A stretch of DNA of 57,034 nt from a virus. Its lineage: Duplodnaviria > Caudoviricetes. Position numbers and translations under genes: made by a program. Of the stretch, positions 46,130 to 55,743 are shown in pieces. The first letter of the stretch is position 1; each line of letters begins with the position of its first letter. The notes under the pieces are model-generated. The model was not told where the DNA came from. It made no database searches and saw nothing but the letters and a program-made list of their open reading frames with translations. Location: positions 1-57,034 of IMG/VR virus record IMGVR_UViG_3300036886_000048. The stretch is one strand, 5' to 3'.

Positions 46130-46347
46130 TGAACACTCGTCTGGTTTTGATAGAATGCGGAACAACGTCCGAACGTGTTGCTCACGTCGTATTTGAATGC
46201 AGGAATAAAGTGATAACGATTTTTCTTTCTGGAGTTATGACCAACCTTCAAGCTCTCGACGAATATCGTATGCGTCCATTTGAGTTTGTCAGAAAGTACG
46301 GCGGCGAAATTTTGGAAGTACCCGAACATTTTGGACTGAGGAAGTAA
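46129..46347 (+). CDS. hypothetical protein
   Basis: TAATG overlap; GGAG RBS. Confidence 0.6.
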   Translation: MNTRLVLIECGTTSERVAHVVFECRNKVITIFLSGVMTNLQALDEYRMRPFEFVRKYGGEILEVPEHFGLRK

Positions 46348-46349
46348 TC

Positions 46350-46694
46350 ATGGAACCAGTAGAAAAATTTCTGTTAGCAGTTAGCGCGGTTTGTTTTGCA
46401 TTACTGTTGGCACTCTACGTTAATAAACCAGTGGCGCAGGAACTATCTATGACCGACCAGATTGTTAGCCAAGTGACTGCCACTCCAGTAGTTGCCCCTG
46501 ACGGAATTGTTTTATCGAAAGAGGACGTGATGAAGATTGAAGAAGAATACGCGCAGTATGAAACACGACTGACTGCCGAACGAAAAGAAACCCACTACTG
46601 GTTTGGAGAATATCAGAATTTGAAAAAATGTATCCAGTTCGCATCAAAGAAACATGTTCCAACCCTGTCGTGTATTGGATACAAAACCTTTTAA
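46350..46694 (+). CDS. membrane-anchored hypothetical protein
   Basis: N-terminal TM plus coiled coil. Confidence 0.6.
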   Translation: MEPVEKFLLAVSAVCFALLLALYVNKPVAQELSMTDQIVSQVTATPVVAPDGIVLSKEDVMKIEEEYAQYETRLTAERKETHYWFGEYQNLKKCIQFASKKHVPTLSCIGYKTF

Positions 46695-46704
46695 GGACGC
46701 TCGT

Positions 46705-47664
46705 ATGATACTCGAACCGTTATCGTTGGAAGAACTTACTCGCACTGCCGAAGCTCTCGAACAAACTGGAGGCAACATTACTCGTGCAGCTAAGTTATTG
46801 GGACTTAATCGACAATGTGTTTCAAGACGAATTCCTGTTTTAATAAAACGTGGAATTTTTGTTGAAGCAGTTGCAACTGAGAAGGAAACCGATCCTACCA
46901 AACCAATCAAGATTTTTATTATTCCTGACGCGCAAGTTAAACCCGGAATAAATCTCGATCACTTAACGGCGGCAGGAGAATACGCTGCCAGAAAACATCC
47001 AGATGTGATTGTATGTATCGGAGATTTTGCTGATATGGAGAGTCTCAGTTCATACGACATTGGCAAACGGTGTTTTGAAGGGCGTACCTACCGGGCAGAC
47101 GTTGATGCTGCAACTGCAGGGATGAAAGCCTTTATGACGCCTGTACGCAGAGAAATGAAAGCGAGTGGCTGGAACCCTCGTCTGGTGTTCACCTTGGGCA
47201 ACCATGAAGATCGTATCACTCGCGCAATCGAACTGGATCGTAAATTGGAAGGAACAATTTCGCTTACGGATTTGGGTTATGAAAAATGGGGATGGGAAGT
47301 GCATTCATTTCTTGAAGTGGTGGACATACACGGTGTCATGTTCTCTCATTACTTTACCAGCGGGGTAATGGGGCGTCCAATTACTACTGCGGCTGCCATC
47401 ATATCAAAGAAACACCAATCGTGTGTTGCAGGCCACCAGCAGGGGCGCATGGTGGCCTATGGAACGAAGGCCGACGGTACTCAAATGACAGCGATTATTT
47501 GTGGATCGTGTTATCTTCACGAAGAAAAATTTCTAGGCACTCAGGGAAACAAACACTGGAGAGGTTTTGTCATGTTGCACGAAGTTGTGAACGGCGCAAG
47601 CGATGAAATGTTTGTTTCGACAAACTACATTTTGAAATACGGAAAGAAAGGGCGTGAACAATGA
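46705..47664 (+). CDS. metallophosphoesterase with N-terminal Fis-like HTH
   Basis: ALEQTGGNITRAAKLLG; IPD.Q, GDFAD, GNHE, SHY, GHQQ. Confidence 0.88.
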   Translation: MILEPLSLEELTRTAEALEQTGGNITRAAKLLGLNRQCVSRRIPVLIKRGIFVEAVATEKETDPTKPIKIFIIPDAQVKPGINLDHLTAAGEYAARKHPDVIVCIGDFADMESLSSYDIGKRCFEGRTYRADVDAATAGMKAFMTPVRREMKASGWNPRLVFTLGNHEDRITRAIELDRKLEGTISLTDLGYEKWGWEVHSFLEVVDIHGVMFSHYFTSGVMGRPITTAAAIISKKHQSCVAGHQQGRMVAYGTKADGTQMTAIICGSCYLHEEKFLGTQGNKHWRGFVMLHEVVNGASDEMFVSTNYILKYGKKGREQ

Positions 47665-48110
47665 AAATTTATTTAATCGGTTCGCTTCGCAACAATGAAG
47701 TTCCCCTTATTGGAAAACGATTGCGCGACTGCGGATTCGATATATTTGACGATTGGTTTTCGGCTGGTGAAAGAGCCGACGATTCGTGGAAAGAATATGA
47801 AATTAAGCGAGGCCGAAATTATTCCGAAGCACTCGAAGGATTTGCTGCAAAGCACGTTTTTCAATTTGACAAGTACCACTTGGATACATCTAACGCAGGA
47901 ATACTGGTTCTTCCTGCCGGAAAATCTGGACATTTGGAATTAGGATATTTGGCAGGGCAAGGAAAACCTACTTTCATTTTAATGCCACAGGTGGTTGAAA
48001 GCGAATTGCGATGGGACGTGATGTACCAGTTTGCGACAAGAGTTTGTTTCGATGTGGATGAACTTGAAAACGAACTGCTGTTTTATAAAATAAACCAGCG
48101 CAACATATGA
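47661..48110 (+). CDS. nucleoside 2'-deoxyribosyltransferase-like protein
   Basis: KIYLIGS, F..D...L, G.SGHLELGY. Confidence 0.75.
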   Translation: MKIYLIGSLRNNEVPLIGKRLRDCGFDIFDDWFSAGERADDSWKEYEIKRGRNYSEALEGFAAKHVFQFDKYHLDTSNAGILVLPAGKSGHLELGYLAGQGKPTFILMPQVVESELRWDVMYQFATRVCFDVDELENELLFYKINQRNI

Positions 48111-48139
48111 TTGACACACCGTGTTCGTTGTGGTAATAT
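48111..48139 (+). promoter_or_regulatory. sigma70-type promoter
   Basis: TTGACA-17-TAATAT, extended -10. Confidence 0.7.
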
Positions 48140-48166
48140 GTATTTGTTGAATAACAGGAGAACGTC

Positions 48167-48379
48167 ATGACCGAACAAGCCAACACCGGAAAATCCAACG
48201 GCTGCAAAAAGACCGGGAAAAAGAGGAAAAGCTCCCAAAATGCGCGATACGTTGCAGAAAAACGCGCAGACATTCATAAGGCGAAACGCATTGCCAAACA
48301 TGCAAAAGCTGTTTCTACAAAAGCTGCCGGGATCAAGGTTCGTCGAGGAACCGCAAGGGCTAACCGTCGTGGAGGGTGA
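48167..48379 (+). CDS. small highly basic protein
   Basis: CAGGAG RBS; Lys/Arg-rich. Confidence 0.7.
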   Translation: MTEQANTGKSNGCKKTGKKRKSSQNARYVAEKRADIHKAKRIAKHAKAVSTKAAGIKVRRGTARANRRGG

Positions 48380-48380
48380 T

Positions 48381-48608
48381 ATGACAACTGTTCAATTTAG
48401 CCCGTATAAAACCTACCGTGTCGTCGAAATAGATGAGTACACATGGGAAGTTTGGGGGTACGGCGACAAAAATTCTACCGGGACATATCATGATCCCGAA
48501 CTCGCCGCCAAACGGTGCAAACATTTTGAGGACGAATCCCGCGACAATTTTATGCGGTCGAGTTGGGGCAAAGCAAAACCAGTGACTGTTTCAACCAAGG
48601 AAAAATAA
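48381..48608 (+). CDS. hypothetical protein
   Basis: GGAGGG RBS before ATG 48381. Confidence 0.55.
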   Translation: MTTVQFSPYKTYRVVEIDEYTWEVWGYGDKNSTGTYHDPELAAKRCKHFEDESRDNFMRSSWGKAKPVTVSTKEK

Positions 48609-48859
48609 TGTTTGCGTCTGGCAAAGTAGAAAGAACCGAAGAGGAAATAGCTATTCGATTGGATCAGCTTATCGAGGAACTTAACCGCGCTCCAACTGGA
48701 CGAACGTATGTAAGACTATTCGTATTACAGTACCTGCTTCCACCAAGCGAAGCGGAACTACGTTGGAAAGACGCCGATAACCATGTTCGATATGCAGCAG
48801 TTTTAGAATCTCAATGGCTTTACGGTTACAGAGATAAACCTTGGGAGGATTGCGAATAA
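48608..48859 (+). CDS. hypothetical protein
   Basis: TAATG overlap; AAGGA RBS. Confidence 0.55.
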   Translation: MFASGKVERTEEEIAIRLDQLIEELNRAPTGRTYVRLFVLQYLLPPSEAELRWKDADNHVRYAAVLESQWLYGYRDKPWEDCE

Positions 48860-49038
48860 TGGTTAATTTTAGTAACGAGGCGGTTATTCGACGCTATTTC
48901 GAATCTAGGCATTCTTCTAAATCGTTGAAACGGGATGTATCGGGTAGGTATAAGGATGCTAAAATTCAGAGTTTATGGAAAGACTACCGAAGAGGCTGGC
49001 TGACGTGCAACTCCGCACTCATTGAAAGTATTTCGTGA
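48859..49038 (+). CDS. hypothetical protein
   Basis: GGAGG RBS; FE...L.R...G.Y....Q..W..Y pattern. Confidence 0.6.
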   Translation: MVNFSNEAVIRRYFESRHSSKSLKRDVSGRYKDAKIQSLWKDYRRGWLTCNSALIESIS

Positions 49039-49733
49039 ACAGAAAAATAATTGATTGGGCGGCATTTGAAGTTTTGTATGTTGCCGGAGTGGTTCCGATT
49101 GGTGAAAAAAACCAACCGGGAACCCTTTGCCACCAGTTCGATGTTACGCCGGGGCGTGTCTCGCAATACGTTAAAGAGAAAGGTTTGGAACGTAATCTTG
49201 AGGCGCGTATTCGTGTGGCGACTCAGAACAAATTGAACCGTTCGCTTGTTGCTCAAAAAACAAAACACGAAACAGAAATGACCGAACAATTGGCTGTAGA
49301 AGCTGTTGCAACAGTAACGTCCGAGTTACTTTTGAAACATCGTAAAGACATTGCCAAGTACCAGTCGATGTGCGACGAATTTTTAGTAGAATTGAAGTCA
49401 AAATCTTTGACACTTAAAGATTTAAAAGCGTTGGCTGAATTGAAGGCGTTGGCCGAAACTCAATGCGGTGAAAAAGTAAATCCGGCTGATGTAGAACGAT
49501 TGATGAAGGCTTACGCCAAGTTGTTTACCCTTGGAAATCGCGCAGACACTTTCAGACAGCTTGTAGAAGCAAAAACTAAACTGGTTGCAATTGAACGTCA
49601 GGCGTTCGGGGTTAAGAGCGACGACGATAGCGGAAAAGCGAATTCGATTAGCTTCTATTTGAATTTGGCGGGTAATCCCGAAAAGGAAGTGAAAAATGAA
49701 ATTGACGGAGAATCAGTTAGAATTAATCCGTAA
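49035..49733 (+). CDS. terminase small subunit
   Basis: IDW...E..Y.AG HTH start; ERQAFG; upstream of TerL. Confidence 0.75.
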   Translation: MNRKIIDWAAFEVLYVAGVVPIGEKNQPGTLCHQFDVTPGRVSQYVKEKGLERNLEARIRVATQNKLNRSLVAQKTKHETEMTEQLAVEAVATVTSELLLKHRKDIAKYQSMCDEFLVELKSKSLTLKDLKALAELKALAETQCGEKVNPADVERLMKAYAKLFTLGNRADTFRQLVEAKTKLVAIERQAFGVKSDDDSGKANSISFYLNLAGNPEKEVKNEIDGESVRINP

Positions 49734-50088
49734 AGCGAGTAGGGTCGAAGGCCCGTTCGAATTGTGTGATTCTGACCCGTCGAGGTCGTTTGTATACGAT
49801 AGGTGTTATGGGTTTTTTAAGGTAGGGTATGCTTCGCACTCTCATTTAATGGCACTGCTTTTAGCGTTCCATCTTGGGTTCGACAACGTAAAGGAACTTG
49901 AAGCGTCCCGCGGCTGGAAATGGCCTTTCGAAATGTCCGATAACTTTTTGAAAACTCTGCCCGGAACGTGTTATCTTTCATCTTGCGGAATTGTTCCAGA
50001 GTGTGCATACAAATACAGTCTGACTCCGAGTGAAAAACGCTTTTTCGGCGACGTTGAGTATATTTTCGAGAACGAACATGTTGCCTGA
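49696..50088 (+). CDS. hypothetical protein between TerS and TerL
   Basis: AAGGA RBS; overlaps the TerS end. Confidence 0.55.
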   Translation: MKLTENQLELIRKASRVEGPFELCDSDPSRSFVYDRCYGFFKVGYASHSHLMALLLAFHLGFDNVKELEASRGWKWPFEMSDNFLKTLPGTCYLSSCGIVPECAYKYSLTPSEKRFFGDVEYIFENEHVA

Positions 50089-50283
50089 ATTCTCTCATGC
50101 CGACGCCTTCGAAAACCTCATAGAATCGGTTCGAGATAATTCCGAGCGACCTTGGCCGCACAACTTGGTAATACCGTCGCGGCAGGCCGTTCTCGCCTTC
50201 CAGCGAGGCTTAAATCCGTATTGTTCGTGGCCTATTCATGGATGTTCCTATAACATGGTTGATTATCCATCAAAGGCAGAAGA

Positions 50284-50526
50284 ATGATTGACCAGTTTGT
50301 TATTTTCGTTACAGGGCCTGCTGCAATTTGGCTGAGCCAAACCCGAAAACCCGAACTTGAAAAGTGGGCATCTTTGATCGGTTTGTTTGGTCAGCCGTTT
50401 TGGTTATATGCCGCATGTATGGCAGCACAATGGGGAATATTTTCGGCAGATATTTTGTACACGTATATGTGGTGGACAGGTTTTAGAAACTGGTGGATTA
50501 TTCCCAAATCGGATAAATTAAAATGA
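50284..50526 (+). CDS. small 3-TM membrane protein
   Basis: GL.GQPFWLY....QWG. Confidence 0.7.
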   Translation: MIDQFVIFVTGPAAIWLSQTRKPELEKWASLIGLFGQPFWLYAACMAAQWGIFSADILYTYMWWTGFRNWWIIPKSDKLK

Positions 50527-52049
50527 CAGACGTGCGATATACTGCTGAACCCACGATGGCAAGATTTCATTCCAGCGATGCCTTTATTCGAGGTCTGATG
50601 GGGCCTGTCGGTAGCGGAAAAAGTGTGGCTATGTGCATGGAAATAATCCGCCGGGCGACAGAACAACGTTGTTTTCAGGATACGAAAATTCGCCGTTCCA
50701 AGTGGGGGGTTATCCGTAATACCTATGTCGAATTGAAAAGCACCACGATACGGACGTGGCTCGAATGGGTTCCTGAGACACTTGGAAAAATTAAATGGGA
50801 TGCTCCTATTACCCACGTAGTCAGGTTTCCGTTGCCGGACGGAACGACTGTCGAACTCGAAGTTTTATTTGTCAGTTTTGATCGACCGGACGACATTAAA
50901 AAGTTGAAGTCACTGGACTTGACCGGACTATTTATTAACGAAGTATGCGAAGAACCAAAGGCAGTGCTGGATATGGGGGCAGCGAGGGTAGGGCGTTTCC
51001 CGGCAAAACGCGATGGAGGAACGACGTGGTGCGGTGTTATCATGGACACTAATGCGATGGATACCGATCACTGGTATTATTCGCTGGCTGAAAAAGATTT
51101 GACTACTGAGCGAGGCCGCAAGATTTGGCAAGAAATTCATGACGCCGAACTGGTGATGCGGAACGAGGGGATGTTGAGAGAGAACCAAAGCCTGATGGAA
51201 TTTTTTAAACAGCCTCCCGCATTGTCGTATGAGCATGGCTTATGGGTTCCCAATACTGGCGCAGAAAACATTAAGAACCTTAATGGCGGATTTGCGTATT
51301 ACTTGAGACAAGTTGCTGGAAAATCCCACGAATGGATCAACACTTATCTTGCTGGAAATTACGGGAAAGTGGTGGACGGCAAACCTGTTTATTACGATTA
51401 TGTCGAGAGCGTCCATGCTCAGGGCAGAGAGATTAATCCGGTGGAAGGATTGCCTATCATTATCGGATTGGACTACGGATTGACCCCTGCAGCGGCTTTA
51501 ATCCAGTGCGATTTGCGCGGGAAGGTGCGTGTAGTGGGCGAACTCTGTTCGGATGGTATGGGGATACAGCGGTTCCTTTCCGACGCCTTGAAACCATATC
51601 TAGCAACGAACTTCAGCGGGTTCGAATTCAAATGCACTGGTGATCCTGCTGGAAAAAACCGAGAGGGAAACGAAAAGACTTGTGAAGAATACGTCATTGA
51701 TGCGGGATTCGAATACGAACCTGCAAAAACAAACGCTCCTATTGCCCGTATCGAAGCAGTATCGTACTTCCTTAATCGCCGTGATGGATTTGAAATGGAT
51801 TTGTCCTGCCAGATGATCCGCAAAGGATTTGCTGGAGGGTATCATTACAAGCGGGTTCAAGTTCTAGGTGACGAACGGTTCAAGGAAGAACCAGACAAGA
51901 ACATGTATTCCCACATCCACGACGCCTTGCAATACGCATGTCTTTTTGTTGGTGGAGTGCAGGCAGTAAGAGCCAGGGAAGACGAACGACCCGAATGGAT
52001 GAAGGAAATGATGCGGCATAGAAATCGTGGCGGATTTATGGCAAGATAA
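50523..52049 (+). CDS. terminase large subunit
   Basis: GPVGSGKS, IRNTY.EL..TT, INEV, GLDYG, GDPAG, H.HDALQY. Confidence 0.93.
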   Translation: MTDVRYTAEPTMARFHSSDAFIRGLMGPVGSGKSVAMCMEIIRRATEQRCFQDTKIRRSKWGVIRNTYVELKSTTIRTWLEWVPETLGKIKWDAPITHVVRFPLPDGTTVELEVLFVSFDRPDDIKKLKSLDLTGLFINEVCEEPKAVLDMGAARVGRFPAKRDGGTTWCGVIMDTNAMDTDHWYYSLAEKDLTTERGRKIWQEIHDAELVMRNEGMLRENQSLMEFFKQPPALSYEHGLWVPNTGAENIKNLNGGFAYYLRQVAGKSHEWINTYLAGNYGKVVDGKPVYYDYVESVHAQGREINPVEGLPIIIGLDYGLTPAAALIQCDLRGKVRVVGELCSDGMGIQRFLSDALKPYLATNFSGFEFKCTGDPAGKNREGNEKTCEEYVIDAGFEYEPAKTNAPIARIEAVSYFLNRRDGFEMDLSCQMIRKGFAGGYHYKRVQVLGDERFKEEPDKNMYSHIHDALQYACLFVGGVQAVRAREDERPEWMKEMMRHRNRGGFMAR

Positions 52050-52052
52050 TGC

Positions 52053-52081
52053 TTGCGTTTTTTATTTAAATATGGTAATAT
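52053..52081 (+). promoter_or_regulatory. sigma70-type promoter
   Basis: TTGCGT-17-TAATAT, extended -10. Confidence 0.55.
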
Positions 52082-52110
52082 GAAAGCCAATCAACCACGC
52101 GGAGAACGAA

Positions 52111-52338
52111 ATGACATTTTTGTTTGTTATAGTGTTTTACTTGGTGTTTATAGTTTTTGTAGCACCAATGTCGTATCATAATGCTGCCAAATCGTTGGTA
52201 TGGCGCGTTACCATTTTTCTGACCACGTTTATAAACCTTTTTATTGACCTTTTTAATATCGCCTATATGCTGGCGATTGCGCTAGGAATTCCAGTAGCTG
52301 TTGCATATCACACTGTTCGAGGAAACAGGGTTCGGTAA
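52111..52338 (+). CDS. small membrane protein
   Basis: GGAG RBS; hydrophobic. Confidence 0.6.
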   Translation: MTFLFVIVFYLVFIVFVAPMSYHNAAKSLVWRVTIFLTTFINLFIDLFNIAYMLAIALGIPVAVAYHTVRGNRVR

Positions 52339-52628
52339 TGAGACTCGCCGCCAGAACTGATTCTAACCAAACCGAAGTGGTGAAACAATTTCGAAAATTC
52401 GGCTGTTCGGTTGCTATAACCAGTTCGTTGGGCCACGGTTTTCCAGACATTATTGTAGGCAAGAATTTTAAAAACATTCTGGTCGAAATAAAAGATGGAA
52501 ACAAGACTGAAAGTGCAAGAAAACTTACTAGCGATGAAGTCGATTTTGCCGCAGACTGGAAAGGTTTGATTTGCATTGTCGAAAATTTGAGTGATGTGAT
52601 TGCTGTAGTGAAAGCCTTGGAAAAATGA
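52338..52628 (+). CDS. VRR-NUC-like endonuclease / putative resolvase
   Basis: RTDSNQ, GFPDIIVG, LVEIK, LT..E. Confidence 0.8.
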   Translation: MRLAARTDSNQTEVVKQFRKFGCSVAITSSLGHGFPDIIVGKNFKNILVEIKDGNKTESARKLTSDEVDFAADWKGLICIVENLSDVIAVVKALEK

Positions 52629-52838
52629 TATATGTATACTTGGGTTTGATTGCAGTATTCGGGGCGGCGTGCATTGCGCTTTTGATAGAGTGGAACCGTA
52701 CTAATCCGTGGAGATAAAAATGAGATCGGAATGGATTTACGTCGCAGTATTGGTGGTATTGGGGCTAATTTGTATCGGGCTAGGGCAATCCTCCGAACCC
52801 GAACTGAGGTTAATTGACAATTTGACTATCATCGTCCC

Positions 52839-53021
52839 ATGAACAATTCCAAAATAAAAGTTCAACTGTCTGCGTATGACGACAAAGGAAAACTTATAAC
52901 CGGGTCTGAAACTACGTTTTTCATTATGAGTTATTCCGAAAGCGAAGCTAAACGGATTGTCCAAACACTCTGGTTTACATTTTGGGAAAAGATTGTGATG
53001 ATGGGATTGAGGGAAGAATGA
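52839..53021 (+). CDS. hypothetical protein
   Basis: ATGA overlap with ninB. Confidence 0.5.
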   Translation: MNNSKIKVQLSAYDDKGKLITGSETTFFIMSYSESEAKRIVQTLWFTFWEKIVMMGLREE

Positions 53022-53446
53022 AAAAAGTTTTCATTTTGGCGCATGAACAGGCTAGGGATTTAGCCGCTCAATTTGCATTGATCCATGCCGCGACTGGAAC
53101 TCAATGTGTGTTCTCCGAACCGACAAGGAATCTTGACCAAAACGCAAGGTTTCATGCCGTGTGTAACGCTCTTGCGAAATCTCAGTTTAAATGGTTTGGC
53201 AAACCTAGAACTGCGTTAGAGTGGAAGTTGCTCATGGTATCCGCACACGCCAAAGCTACGGGCGACGAGGTAGACATTGTGCCGGGATTGGAAGGCGAAC
53301 TAGTAAATTTGAGGGAACCGACTCACGAAATGGGCAGACGGCGATTTGCTTCTCTTATAGAATATACCCAAGCATTTTGCGATTGCAATTCCATTGATTA
53401 TAGTGTAGAATATGAAAAACTCAAAGCGCGAGGTTTAACAGCATGA
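53018..53446 (+). CDS. ninB: NinB-like recombination protein
   Basis: TRNLDQNARFHA, W.G....EWK, PGLEGE, F.SLIEY. Confidence 0.8.
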   Translation: MKKVFILAHEQARDLAAQFALIHAATGTQCVFSEPTRNLDQNARFHAVCNALAKSQFKWFGKPRTALEWKLLMVSAHAKATGDEVDIVPGLEGELVNLREPTHEMGRRRFASLIEYTQAFCDCNSIDYSVEYEKLKARGLTA

Positions 53447-53554
53447 ATACTGTTTTGACTGGTTGGAGAGTTTGGAACATGCGAACCGAACAATATGTTC
53501 AAGCCGCTCGTTGGATGCAGTATTGTCCCTACATTCTTTTTCCGAAAGAACTTT

Positions 53555-53857
53555 ATGTCCAATCCGACATATTCTGAAAAACGGTACTGGTCTAAATTGG
53601 CGGAATTGGGTTGTATTGCTTGCGCCCAAGACGGGATATTTAATCCTGTCGTTAGTATTCATCATTGCGAAGGCCGAACAAAAGACGGTTGCCACATGAG
53701 GGTGTTGCCGCTTTGCGCGGGGCATCACCAAGATGGAAGCGAACCGGGCAGCGACAAGATTGCGGTTCACCCGTGGAAAAAACGTTTTGAGAAAAAATAC
53801 GGCACTCAGGAATATCTGATGGGCTATTGCAACGAACTTTTGGAAGTAGGAGATTGA
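53555..53857 (+). CDS. Ref-like HNH nuclease
   Basis: LGCIAC, IHH, LPLCAGHH, FE..YG. Confidence 0.8.
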   Translation: MSNPTYSEKRYWSKLAELGCIACAQDGIFNPVVSIHHCEGRTKDGCHMRVLPLCAGHHQDGSEPGSDKIAVHPWKKRFEKKYGTQEYLMGYCNELLEVGD

Positions 53858-53887
53858 CATGTTTTTACAAATGAAAGGAATATCATC

Positions 53888-54340
53888 ATGTCGGTGAACA
53901 AAGTTATCTTGATTGGACGATTGGGAAAAGACCCGGAAGTACGGTATATGACGAGTGGGGAGGCTGTAGCTAACGTCACGCTTGCTACCAGCGAGAAGTA
54001 CAAGGACAAGTCCGGTGAAAAGGTCGAAAAGACCGAATGGCACAACCTCGTATTCTATCGCCGCTTGGCGGAAATTGCCGGGGAATATTTGAAAAAAGGA
54101 TCGTTGATTTATGTGGAAGGGAAACTGCAAACCCGGAAATGGCAAACCAAGGACGGACAAGATCGTTATTCTACTGAAATTCTAGCGGATCAGATGCAGA
54201 TGCTAACCGAACGTGGAAGTAGGAATGAACCCGATCCTGTTCCAGAAAAATCCCCGGCTCAACCCGAAAAAAAGACGGCAAAAAAAGCTCCTGCCAAACA
54301 GTCAGGTTTCGATAATTTCGATGATGATGTTCCATTTTAA
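53888..54340 (+). CDS. ssb: single-stranded DNA-binding protein
   Basis: [25 protein letters not shown] tail. Confidence 0.97.
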   Translation: MSVNKVILIGRLGKDPEVRYMTSGEAVANVTLATSEKYKDKSGEKVEKTEWHNLVFYRRLAEIAGEYLKKGSLIYVEGKLQTRKWQTKDGQDRYSTEILADQMQMLTERGSRNEPDPVPEKSPAQPEKKTAKKAPAKQSGFDNFDDDVPF

Positions 54341-54364
54341 GTTATTTTAAAACAAGAGGTTACA

Positions 54365-54568
54365 ATGAATATGACGCCCGTTGCATCATCGTTTATCGTG
54401 GCGATTGGATATGATCCCGATCAAGCGGTTTGCGCCGTTCAATTCAAGAATGGCGATGTAAAATATTACTCAGGAATCTCGTTAGGCCAGTACCAGAATT
54501 TTTCAGATGCGCCTTCTCTGGGAAAGGCTTTCCCGACAATTCGAGATGCTGCTTCGTCGGTTGCATAA
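54365..54568 (+). CDS. KTSC-domain protein
   Basis: V.SS.I.AIGYD, V.F.NG..Y.Y, A.S.GK. Confidence 0.85.
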   Translation: MNMTPVASSFIVAIGYDPDQAVCAVQFKNGDVKYYSGISLGQYQNFSDAPSLGKAFPTIRDAASSVA

Positions 54569-54573
54569 AGTGC

Positions 54574-54602
54574 TTGACTTGCGATTCATTTTGTGGTTTA
54601 AT
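54574..54602 (+). promoter_or_regulatory. sigma70-type promoter
   Basis: TTGACT-17-TTTAAT, extended -10. Confidence 0.75.
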
Positions 54603-54609
54603 GTGTCTC

Positions 54610-54822
54610 AGTAAGTGGTCATTGGCAACTAAGGGTGGACTGCGAGGTTTTCGAGCCAGACGTAATCCGGTTGACAAAAAGAGCGGATAACTAGACCGTG
54701 GCAAGTTTAGGTAAACCGCAGCCCTGACAGCCAAGGATGGGAAGATCATAATGTGCCGGGAAGTACCCGACTAAAATTGATCGTAACAGGATGAACACCC
54801 TAGTTACCAATGACCACTTGCT
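54610..54822 (+). ncRNA. ~213-nt structured RNA of unknown family
   Basis: ~27-bp closing stem starting at the predicted transcription start; internal stems. Confidence 0.7.
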
Positions 54823-54851
54823 TTTCCCCCATAATTTTTGAAAGGATTGAA

Positions 54852-55094
54852 ATGACGACTATCCAATATCTCACCGACACTGCGAAGGCTTTGGGTGGCC
54901 CGGTAATTATCCTCACGATTATTGCCGCTTTGCTGATAGTATTCGGGCTCACTGGGCGTGCCAATGCAACAACGTTTTCGCCTCTGGCGAGTATTGCCGC
55001 AACGATGGACGACCAACCTGTAACTGCAACCGAACGTTTCAAGAAAATCAAGTTGCCCCAAGTTGTCGAACGTGGGCGTAAGGCCAAGAAGTAA
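54852..55094 (+). CDS. small membrane protein
   Basis: AAGGA RBS; one TM. Confidence 0.6.
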   Translation: MTTIQYLTDTAKALGGPVIILTIIAALLIVFGLTGRANATTFSPLASIAATMDDQPVTATERFKKIKLPQVVERGRKAKK

Positions 55095-55122
55095 TCGAAC
55101 TTAAAAATTCCTTATACGAATG

Positions 55123-55156
55123 AAGCCGCCCCCGGTAAATCCGGGGGTTTTATTTT
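55123..55156 (+). terminator. intrinsic terminator
   Basis: CCCCCGG/CCGGGGG followed by a T-rich tract. Confidence 0.75.
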
Positions 55157-55212
55157 GCTTGACATTTTCATAATTTAGGAGTAAGGTGCGATTATGTTTA
55201 GGAGACACGACC

Positions 55213-55401
55213 ATGAACCATCTTATTGAAGCATCCAGATTAGAATCCGAAGCAGACGACCTATTTACGACTGCCGCGATGTACCTTAATGCAAAGGTGA
55301 TTAGCAAAAACGACTTCAATAATCGCCGGATCGAGGCTGTTCGTTTATATTTAAAGGCTCTTGCATTGAAGGGCGATTTGATAACAAAGGAATCATCATG
55401 A
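55213..55401 (+). CDS. early hypothetical protein
   Basis: TTGACA promoter 55159-55187; AGGAG RBS. Confidence 0.65.
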   Translation: MNHLIEASRLESEADDLFTTAAMYLNAKVISKNDFNNRRIEAVRLYLKALALKGDLITKESS

Positions 55402-55592
55402 TTGCGTCTATAACCGAACGTGACCGACTTTTACAGATAAAGTCTACATTAGAACTGATGCGGTATATGACTGTTCACCACAACTGCAGGTTATACGAAC
55501 CCGGTTACGGCAAGAATGTAGTTGCAATGTTTCAAGATGGAACCTTAATTTTGAATGCAAAAGCGAAGGAACTCTTAAAATGCGTAAGCTAA
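55398..55592 (+). CDS. hypothetical protein
   Basis: AAGGA RBS; ATGA overlap. Confidence 0.6.
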   Translation: MIASITERDRLLQIKSTLELMRYMTVHHNCRLYEPGYGKNVVAMFQDGTLILNAKAKELLKCVS

Positions 55593-55653
55593 CGATCCAG
55601 ACCCCAACAGGTGCGTACACGGTTTACTTTAGACGCACCAAGAAGTAGCAACT

Positions 55654-55682
55654 AGCCCTGTTAAAATCAGGGCTTTTTATTT
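55654..55682 (+). terminator. intrinsic terminator
   Basis: AGCCCTG/CAGGGCT followed by a T tract. Confidence 0.8.
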
Positions 55683-55691
55683 ACTATCTGC

Positions 55692-55720
55692 TTGACTTTT
55701 CTAGGCAATTGTGATATAAT
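55692..55720 (+). promoter_or_regulatory. sigma70-type promoter
   Basis: TTGACT-17-TATAAT. Confidence 0.8.
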
Positions 55721-55743
55721 TATCATACTAATTGGAGGTAAAT

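Noticed and set aside
53435-54160. 241-aa antisense ORF
   Set aside because: Opposite ssb and the Ref-like gene; typical antisense shadow.
54610-54822. Retron msr-msd or hammerhead ribozyme
   Set aside because: No RT gene in the genome; CTGACAG does not fit the CUGANGA core.
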